From the NCBI GenBank assembly GCA_016784125.1, contig JADHVI010000001.1, positions 78,417-142,416 on the forward strand: a DNA stretch of 64,000 bases, read 5' to 3'. Shown piece by piece: positions 57,496-64,000 of the stretch. The position numbers were made by a program, and so were the translations under genes. The number at the start of each line of letters is the position of its first letter. Position 1 is the stretch's first letter. The notes under the pieces are model-generated. The model was given only the letters and a program-made list of their open reading frames with translations, did no database searches and was not told the origin of the DNA. The stretch is from Candidatus Woesearchaeota archaeon. Lineage in GTDB: Archaea; Nanobdellota; Nanobdellia; Woesearchaeales; GCA-2686295.

Positions 57496-60348
57496 ATGAT
57501 GACAAAGAAGAAAAAAGATGATGATCTTTCTATAAACTTTTCAGGCATAGGTTCAAAACTTAAAAAGTTTGAATTTCCTAAGAATCAAGCTTGGATTATA
57601 ATACTCTTAATAGCCATAGCCATTTTCTTTTCAATTTATTACAGATCTTACTCTTACTATCTTCCAGTAACTGATGACTGGGCTTATAACAACATCTATA
57701 ATAATGTTCGAAGTCAAGTTGCTAGCAATATCAATCTTCAATATCCTAATCTTCCTACTGATAGCAAGAACCAAATGATCAATGAGGAAGTTAGCAAATT
57801 TTTACAGCAACAAGGTCCATCTTTGCAAGCACAAATTGAAGGTCTTTCAAAAGATATGAAGACAAGATTCCAAAATGATGAGGGTCAAACATATTTATTG
57901 GCTATTGATCCCTATTTCTATTATAGATACTCCAGAAATATTATTGAGAAAGGTCATTATGGTGATTCAGTAGATGAAAATGGTCATTTTGATTCACATG
58001 TATTGGGGCCTGGTGGAAAATATGTTCCAGATACTTTTCATTCATATTTTGGAGCTTTCTTTCATCGCTTTGTAAACATATTTGCTAATAATAGTTTGAT
58101 GACAAACTTCTTTTTTATACCGGTATTCTTATCTGCACTCGCAGTTATTCCTGCATTCTTCATCGCAAGAAAGAAAGTTGGTTTATTTGGAGGATTCATT
58201 GCAGGTATGATTGTTGCAATCCATCCTGCTTTCATTGGAAGAACTGCTGGAGGATTCGCTGATACAGATCCCTACAATGTATTATTCCCGCTTTTTATAG
58301 CTTGGCTGTTTATAGAGGCGTTTGAATCAGATAGTTGGAAAAAACAATTGGGTTTATTGGCTGGTGCGGGTTTCTTAACAGGGCTTTACAGTTTTGCTTG
58401 GAGTGGCTGGTGGTACATATTTGACTTTCTATTATTAGCCATAATTATATTCTTAGTTTATTTAGTTGTAAAATCATTAGTTCAATACAAAGGGTTTAAG
58501 AAAATCTGGAATAAAGATTTCAAAAACGCTTTGACAATGTTAGTGTTGTTCATAGTATTATCAGGTATATTTGTCTCTTTGTTTTCAGGTGCCTCACAGT
58601 TTCAGAACTTCATTGATGGTCCTTTAAAATTTAAAGTTATAAAACAAGCAGCCAAGCCAGATCTTTGGCCAAATGTTTACACTACTGTTGCAGAACTTAA
58701 CGCTGCATCCATTAATTCCATCATAAAACAGATTGGTGGTAAATTGTTCTTCTTTATTGCCTGTATTGGAGTCATACTTACACTTTTCAAGAAGAAGAAT
58801 GTTTCGAAATTGGACTTTGTAACTTTAGGTATAGCCGTTATAGTATTCGCTTTGCTAGTTTCAAAGGAAGCCATAAAATTATCTCCTGTAAAGTACTTAG
58901 CAATATTTGCGATCCCAGTTATTGTAGGACTTATTATTTTGCTTAAAGACAAAAGAAATACTGACGTAAAATATGCCTTGTTCCTAACTATTTGGTTTGC
59001 GGGAACCATCTATGCTAGTACTCAAGGAACAAGGTTCGTTTTACTAATGGTGCCTGCCTATGCCATTGCATTAGGAATTGCTTTTGGCACAGTTCAATCG
59101 TGGCTTACAAACTGGACTGCTAAAGAATTCAAATTTAACAGGAAAATTATGGGTGCTGTGCTCATTGTTCTGTTGCTTTTATTACTAATTGGGCCAATGA
59201 AATCAGCTCATAATACTGCTAAAAGCGAGATTCCAAGTATGACTGACGGTTGGTGGAACACACTAACAAATATACAAAAGAACTCTGCTGAGAATGCTAT
59301 TATAACATCTTGGTGGGATTTTGGCCATTGGTTCAAAGCAGTTGCAGATAGAGCTGTAACTTTTGATGGTGGTAGTCAGAACAGACCTCAAGCTCATTGG
59401 GTTGGAAAACTATTGATGTCAAATAATGAAGATGAGTCTATAGCTATCTTACGTATGCTTGACTGTGGTGCGAACAATGCCTTTGATGAAGTAAACCTAA
59501 AATATGATGACACTGAAACATCAGTCGATGTTATTTATGAAATTATAATGAAAAATGATGTTGAAGCTAAAGCATATTTATTAGAAAAAGGTTTTACAGA
59601 AGAGGAATCTGTAACAGTTATTAAGTATACTCATTGTTCTCCTCCAGAAGCATTCTTAATTACTTCAGAAGATATGGTTGGAAAGGCGGGTGTTTGGTCT
59701 CACTTTGGAAGTTGGAATTTTGACAGATCATTCATATATAATAATGTTCGAAAGCAAGAATATCAAGAGTCTATAGATATTCTAACAACCAGATTTGGTT
59801 TTACAGAAGAAAAAGCGGCTGATTATTTTTATGAAGTTCAAGCTATTACATCTAATCAGGAAGCGAATAATTGGATTGCTCCTTGGCCTAATTATGGCAC
59901 TCCAAGTATAAGAGGTTGCAAGAACGAATCTGATATTGTAACTTGTAATATGAATATTGGAATTGGCGAAAGCAATCAAGGTCAATCAGTGAGTATAGCT
60001 GCTGGTGTGTTTAACCTTTCAGATCCTTCAAATTCCAGATTTGTATTGGCTTTCATAGACAGAAATTCTGGTTTAGTTGCTGCAACTCAAGAAGCAAAAC
60101 CTGCTAATGTAGTTATATTTGATGAAGAAGGAGAGCACACATATATTTTGGGCGGAGATATATTCTTAGATCTCGTCTATGAGAAAGAAATGAATAAAGC
60201 TTTAATTACACATCCCTCTCTATCAAAATCATTGTTTACAAAGTTGTTCTTCTTTGAAGGCAGACACACATCACATTTTGAGAAATTCAGTGATATGAAC
60301 TCAATGACTGGTGGAAGAATTCTCGTGTGGAAAGTTCTTTGGGATTAA
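57496..60348 (+). CDS. aglB: Oligosaccharyltransferase AglB (STT3)
   Basis: AIDPYFYYR, GFADTD, TVAEL, SWWDFGHW, DMVGK (DK motif); more than 12 TMs. Confidence 0.93.
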   Translation: MMTKKKKDDDLSINFSGIGSKLKKFEFPKNQAWIIILLIAIAIFFSIYYRSYSYYLPVTDDWAYNNIYNNVRSQVASNINLQYPNLPTDSKNQMINEEVSKFLQQQGPSLQAQIEGLSKDMKTRFQNDEGQTYLLAIDPYFYYRYSRNIIEKGHYGDSVDENGHFDSHVLGPGGKYVPDTFHSYFGAFFHRFVNIFANNSLMTNFFFIPVFLSALAVIPAFFIARKKVGLFGGFIAGMIVAIHPAFIGRTAGGFADTDPYNVLFPLFIAWLFIEAFESDSWKKQLGLLAGAGFLTGLYSFAWSGWWYIFDFLLLAIIIFLVYLVVKSLVQYKGFKKIWNKDFKNALTMLVLFIVLSGIFVSLFSGASQFQNFIDGPLKFKVIKQAAKPDLWPNVYTTVAELNAASINSIIKQIGGKLFFFIACIGVILTLFKKKNVSKLDFVTLGIAVIVFALLVSKEAIKLSPVKYLAIFAIPVIVGLIILLKDKRNTDVKYALFLTIWFAGTIYASTQGTRFVLLMVPAYAIALGIAFGTVQSWLTNWTAKEFKFNRKIMGAVLIVLLLLLLIGPMKSAHNTAKSEIPSMTDGWWNTLTNIQKNSAENAIITSWWDFGHWFKAVADRAVTFDGGSQNRPQAHWVGKLLMSNNEDESIAILRMLDCGANNAFDEVNLKYDDTETSVDVIYEIIMKNDVEAKAYLLEKGFTEEESVTVIKYTHCSPPEAFLITSEDMVGKAGVWSHFGSWNFDRSFIYNNVRKQEYQESIDILTTRFGFTEEKAADYFYEVQAITSNQEANNWIAPWPNYGTPSIRGCKNESDIVTCNMNIGIGESNQGQSVSIAAGVFNLSDPSNSRFVLAFIDRNSGLVAATQEAKPANVVIFDEEGEHTYILGGDIFLDLVYEKEMNKALITHPSLSKSLFTKLFFFEGRHTSHFEKFSDMNSMTGGRILVWKVLWD

Positions 60349-60354
60349 TCTTAG

Positions 60355-60368
60355 GAAATCTTTATAAA
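60355..60368 (+). promoter_or_regulatory. BRE/TATA promoter element
   Basis: GAAATCTTTATAAA, 24 nt before ATG 60392; a near-identical GAAATCTTTAAATA lies at 63087-63100 before ATG 63123. Confidence 0.6.
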
Positions 60369-60391
60369 CGTTTTTCTGTTGATAACTTTTT

Positions 60392-61099
60392 ATGTGGCAA
60401 TGGTTTTTATCAAAAGTTGACAGAGCTCACGCAAAAAGGAGATCTTCTAGTAATAAAGATATAATTTGTGACTCAGTTCCTAATGGGAATTTCTCTACGA
60501 TTGTTGATTTGGGAGGGTCAGATGGCAAACTAATTTTAAGAGTTGCGTCCAAGGTTAATGGCAAAGAATTATTTGTTTTAGATCATAACCCTAATTATTT
60601 GGCTAAATGCCCTAAGAATATTAAAGCCATAAAAATAGATTTAAATGAAAAGCTTCCTTTGAAAACAAATCAATTCGATTTAGTTATATCAAGTCAAGTA
60701 ATTGAGCATTTACAAGATCCTGATGGTTTTGTAAAAGAGATTCACAGAATATTAAAACCAAACGGATTGTTGATACTAACAACTCCAAATCTTGCTTCGA
60801 TTCATGCAAGATTGTTGCTTTTATTTGGTTCAACTCCTTCCTGTCTTCATCCTTCTCAACTGCGTATGGGTGTTTATTCTAAGAAAAAATATACTCCTTA
60901 TCTCATAGACCAATATGGTCATAAATCAGTGTTTACTGTTAAAGGTCTTAAGAAGCTTTTTACACATTATGATTTTAATGTAGCAACGTCTCGTTCTTAC
61001 AACTTATTTTTAATGCCTGAGTTTATTTCAAAAATAATTTGCGCAATTTTTCATTTTGGTAACTCTCAGGTTATTATAGCGAAGAAGAATAGACGCTAA
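60392..61099 (+). CDS. Class I SAM methyltransferase (type 11-like)
   Basis: VDLGGSDG, FDLVISSQVIEHL, EIHRILKPNG..TTPN. Confidence 0.85.
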   Translation: MWQWFLSKVDRAHAKRRSSSNKDIICDSVPNGNFSTIVDLGGSDGKLILRVASKVNGKELFVLDHNPNYLAKCPKNIKAIKIDLNEKLPLKTNQFDLVISSQVIEHLQDPDGFVKEIHRILKPNGLLILTTPNLASIHARLLLLFGSTPSCLHPSQLRMGVYSKKKYTPYLIDQYGHKSVFTVKGLKKLFTHYDFNVATSRSYNLFLMPEFISKIICAIFHFGNSQVIIAKKNRR

Positions 61100-61152
61100 T
61101 TTTTCTTAAAAACCAAAGATATAAATATCTTCCTTCACATCCTCACTTTGAA

Positions 61153-62082
61153 ATGTCAGTTGATATATCCATAGTAATTCCAGTTTACAATGAAGAAAGG
61201 AATATAACGCCCCTTTACAATAAAATAGTTTCTGCCTTAAAACCTTTGAAAAAAACTTTCGAACTAATGTTTGTTGATGATGGGAGCGTGGATCATACTT
61301 TTGGAGTCATTCAATCACTTCATAAGAAAGATTCTAGAATTAGAGTTATTAGATTTCAAAGAAACTTCGGGAAGTCATCTGCCTACATGGCTAGTTTTAA
61401 GGAATGCAAAGGAAGAACAATTATAACTATGGATGGTGATTTACAAGATGACCCTGCAGAAATTCCTCGAATGATGGATGCTCTAAAGAGATTAGATTTG
61501 GTTATTGGTTGGAAGTTTCCAAGAAGAGATTCTATTAGTAGAACAATTCCGTCGAAGATATTTAATTGTTTAAACTACAAGTTCTTTGGTCTTAAACTCC
61601 ATGACTATGATTGTGGTTACAGAGCTATGAAATCAGAAGTTGTCCAAGATTTGAATCTGTATGGTGATCTTTATCGTTATATCCCTGCATTAGTTTCTCG
61701 TGCAGGCTTCAAAGTTGGTGAAATAAAGGTTAGACATCATCCGAGAAAATTTGGGAAAAGTAAGTATGGTTCTAAAAGATTGTTAACAGGCGCATTGGAT
61801 TTATTAACTGTTAAATTTATAACTGACTTTAATCAGAGACCGCTTCATTTATTTGGCGTTGCAGGTACAATCTTCTTCATATTAGGGGTTATTGCAGATT
61901 TATTTGTTTTATCTTACAAAATATTTTTTGGACACTCATTTACATCTCACGTTGCGCTTTTGATACTTGGAGTTCTATTAATAATTCTTGGAATCCAGTT
62001 TCTAGGTATTGGTTTGATTGGTGAATTAGTTAGTTCTTCAAAAAAGGATATTAACAGATATACTATTAGAGAACAATTATGA
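61153..62082 (+). CDS. GT2 polyprenol-phosphate glycosyltransferase (ArnC/DPM1-like)
   Basis: IPVYNEE, DDGSVD, RNFGK, MDGDLQDDP, GKSKYG; two C-terminal TMs. Confidence 0.9.
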   Translation: MSVDISIVIPVYNEERNITPLYNKIVSALKPLKKTFELMFVDDGSVDHTFGVIQSLHKKDSRIRVIRFQRNFGKSSAYMASFKECKGRTIITMDGDLQDDPAEIPRMMDALKRLDLVIGWKFPRRDSISRTIPSKIFNCLNYKFFGLKLHDYDCGYRAMKSEVVQDLNLYGDLYRYIPALVSRAGFKVGEIKVRHHPRKFGKSKYGSKRLLTGALDLLTVKFITDFNQRPLHLFGVAGTIFFILGVIADLFVLSYKIFFGHSFTSHVALLILGVLLIILGIQFLGIGLIGELVSSSKKDINRYTIREQL

Positions 62083-62126
62083 TTCTACAGTAAAGTATTT
62101 AATTACATAACTATTTCTCGAGTTTA

Positions 62127-63086
62127 ATGATACTGGTTACTGGTGGAGCAGGATTTATAGGGAGTCATGTTTGTGATAGACTTTTGGCTCAAGGTAAAAA
62201 AGTAATATGTGTTGATAATCTAAACACTTATTATGATCCTAAAACTAAAAAAAAGAATCTTTCTTACAGTTTGAAAAACAAGAATTTTAAGTTCTACAAA
62301 TTAGACATTACTCATTACAATCAATTAACTAAGATATTTGCTAAGCATAAAATTACTGCCATAATCCATTTGGCAGCTAGAGCTGGCGTGAGACCTTCCA
62401 TAAGTAATCCACACATATACGAATCAGTCAATATTAAAGGAACTCTTAATCTACTGGATTTAGCAAAGAAATTTGGAGTCAAGAAATTTATATTTGGTTC
62501 TTCCTCAAGTATTTATGGTGCTAACAAGAAAGTTCCATTTTCAGAAACAGATTCTGTAAACAACCAGATTAGTCCATATGCTGTCACAAAAAGAGCTGGT
62601 GAGCTTTTTTGTAAAACTTATCATGAGTTGTATGGAATAAACATAACTGCTTTAAGATTCTTCACAGTCTATGGTCCAAGAGGCAGACCAGAGATGGCTC
62701 CTTACAGGTTTGTAGATAAGATTCACAGAGGTTTACCAATTGATATGTACGGAGATGGATCTTCTGCAAGAGACTATACTTATGTATCAGATATTGTTGA
62801 TGGAATAATTGTGGCTCTGAAAAAAGATTTCAAATTTGAGATAATCAATCTTGGTGATTCAAGAATTATCAAACTAAAATCATTCATTGAATTAATAGAA
62901 CGAATAGTTGGTAAACAGGCCAAAATTATTCATAAAGATATGCCTGATGGAGATGTACCAATTACTTATGCAGATATAAGTAAAGCCAAAAAATTATTAG
63001 GTTACAAACCCCAAGTCAATATTGAAGATGGTATGAGAAAATTCTATGATTGGTACAAGCGTTTTGGTGTGGGAAAATCATTATAA
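62127..63086 (+). CDS. NAD-dependent epimerase (UDP-glucuronate 4-epimerase-like)
   Basis: HLAARAGVRPS, SPYAVTK, LRFFTVYGPRGRPEMA, GDVPITYADI. Confidence 0.88.
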   Translation: MILVTGGAGFIGSHVCDRLLAQGKKVICVDNLNTYYDPKTKKKNLSYSLKNKNFKFYKLDITHYNQLTKIFAKHKITAIIHLAARAGVRPSISNPHIYESVNIKGTLNLLDLAKKFGVKKFIFGSSSSIYGANKKVPFSETDSVNNQISPYAVTKRAGELFCKTYHELYGINITALRFFTVYGPRGRPEMAPYRFVDKIHRGLPIDMYGDGSSARDYTYVSDIVDGIIVALKKDFKFEIINLGDSRIIKLKSFIELIERIVGKQAKIIHKDMPDGDVPITYADISKAKKLLGYKPQVNIEDGMRKFYDWYKRFGVGKSL

Positions 63087-63122
63087 GAAATCTTTAAATA
63101 AGATGTTGTTCTAACTATTAAC

Positions 63123-64000
63123 ATGAAAGCATTAGTTATATCTGTAGCGGGAATTGGCAATACTTTAATGGCCACTCCTTTAATACATGAGCTGAGGAAG
63201 CAAGGTAAAGAAGTCCACGTTCTAGTCGGCAATAAGCCGGGTGCAGAAGCTCTGAAAAACAACGATGACGTTAAAAAAGTCATTATCATGAGCAAGAGCA
63301 AATTCAAAGCTCTCCTGCCTAATCTTCGTCTGTTACGATCTTTAAAGAAAGCCAATTACGATGAAAGCTACATGGTTTTTCCAGGAAATAGATGGTTCTT
63401 CAATCTGATTTCTTTCTTAGCAGGTGCAAAGAAAAGATATGCTCATCGTTATCCAAACAAAAATTTTCGTTCTCTTTCGTTCTTGAACAGTAAGTTAGTT
63501 GAAATGCAAAAAACTCATGATGTTATTCAAAATCTAAATTTGCTGGAAAAAGGTTACAAGAATTCCAAACCCAGAATGGTTCTAAACGCAGGATCTGTTA
63601 AAAAGAAGGCAATAATTGGTATTCATCCGGGTAGCAGCACTGCTTCTGATATGGAGATGAAGCGCTGGCCTGAAAAATATTATGCAGAACTCATAAACAA
63701 GCTCAAATATCCTGTCAGAGTATTTATCGGACCTGACGAAGAAGATTCATTTAAGCTCCTCAAGAAATACTTGACAAGAGAGGTTGAAGAGATAAGGGAA
63801 AAGTCCATATTCAAAGTTGCAAAAAAAATAAAAGAATGCAAGCAGTTCATTGCAAATGATTCTGGTCTGATGCACATTGCAACTGCAGTTGAAGTTCCTG
63901 TTATAGGCATATTTGGTCCTACTGATCCTATGAGAAATGATCCTTTTACAGACAATAAAATTGTCTTGACACATAAAATGTCATGTCAACCCTGCAGTCA
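63123..64000 (+). CDS. GT9 (heptosyltransferase-family) glycosyltransferase, runs off the window (not in the ORF track)
   Basis: Manual translation from ATG 63123: MKALVISVAGIGNTLMATPLI...GIHPGSS..KRWPEKYY...IANDSGLMHIATAVEVPVIGIFGPTDP..SCQPCS. Confidence 0.88.
   Translation, partial: MKALVISVAGIGNTLMATPLIHELRKQGKEVHVLVGNKPGAEALKNNDDVKKVIIMSKSKFKALLPNLRLLRSLKKANYDESYMVFPGNRWFFNLISFLAGAKKRYAHRYPNKNFRSLSFLNSKLVEMQKTHDVIQNLNLLEKGYKNSKPRMVLNAGSVKKKAIIGIHPGSSTASDMEMKRWPEKYYAELINKLKYPVRVFIGPDEEDSFKLLKKYLTREVEEIREKSIFKVAKKIKECKQFIANDSGLMHIATAVEVPVIGIFGPTDPMRNDPFTDNKIVLTHKMSCQPCS

Noticed and set aside
330..63974. Many short ORF-track entries (e.g. 330-518, 11686-12444, 19621-20016, 33005-33454, 41847-42236, 63044-63355, 63680-63955)
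   Set aside because: They are shadow frames inside well-supported genes, with no motifs or start signals.

Overview
AT-rich archaeal chromosomal segment, inferred to come from a small-genome DPANN-type archaeon (Woesearchaeota/Nanobdellota-like). The evidence is pelota, RFC-small, PAN, FEN-1, EndA, a histone, Hjc, aMBF1, AglB, two PRC-barrel proteins and TATA boxes about 23-25 nt upstream of many start codons. Layout: (1) 1-8 kb: an FmrO/ArmA-like 16S methyltransferase fragment coupled to pelota, divergent from five secreted/membrane genes, four of them paralogous; (2) 8-33 kb: housekeeping genes, conserved hypotheticals, a solo Cas4-like nuclease, a probable C/D-box sRNA and two AglB-like GT-C proteins lacking the WWD motif; (3) 33-43 kb: a bacterial-style nrdR-nrdJ-cobO operon with tandem NrdR-box-like sites, an N-terminal-only RqcH and a nucleoside-salvage trio; (4) a stand-alone 5S rRNA; (5) 44-64 kb: a large glycosylation locus around aglB. 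The best candidate for an undescribed system is the operon at 51864-55952. It encodes a PMI-like cupin, HldE, a DUF89 phosphatase and a stand-alone RfaE-II, and sits beside two GT9 transferases and AglB. It looks like an NDP-heptose (or NDP-hexose) pathway in which GmhA and GmhB are replaced by unrelated folds. All calls come from motif recognition by eye; no database search was run. No CRISPR array, tRNA or intact transposase was seen.
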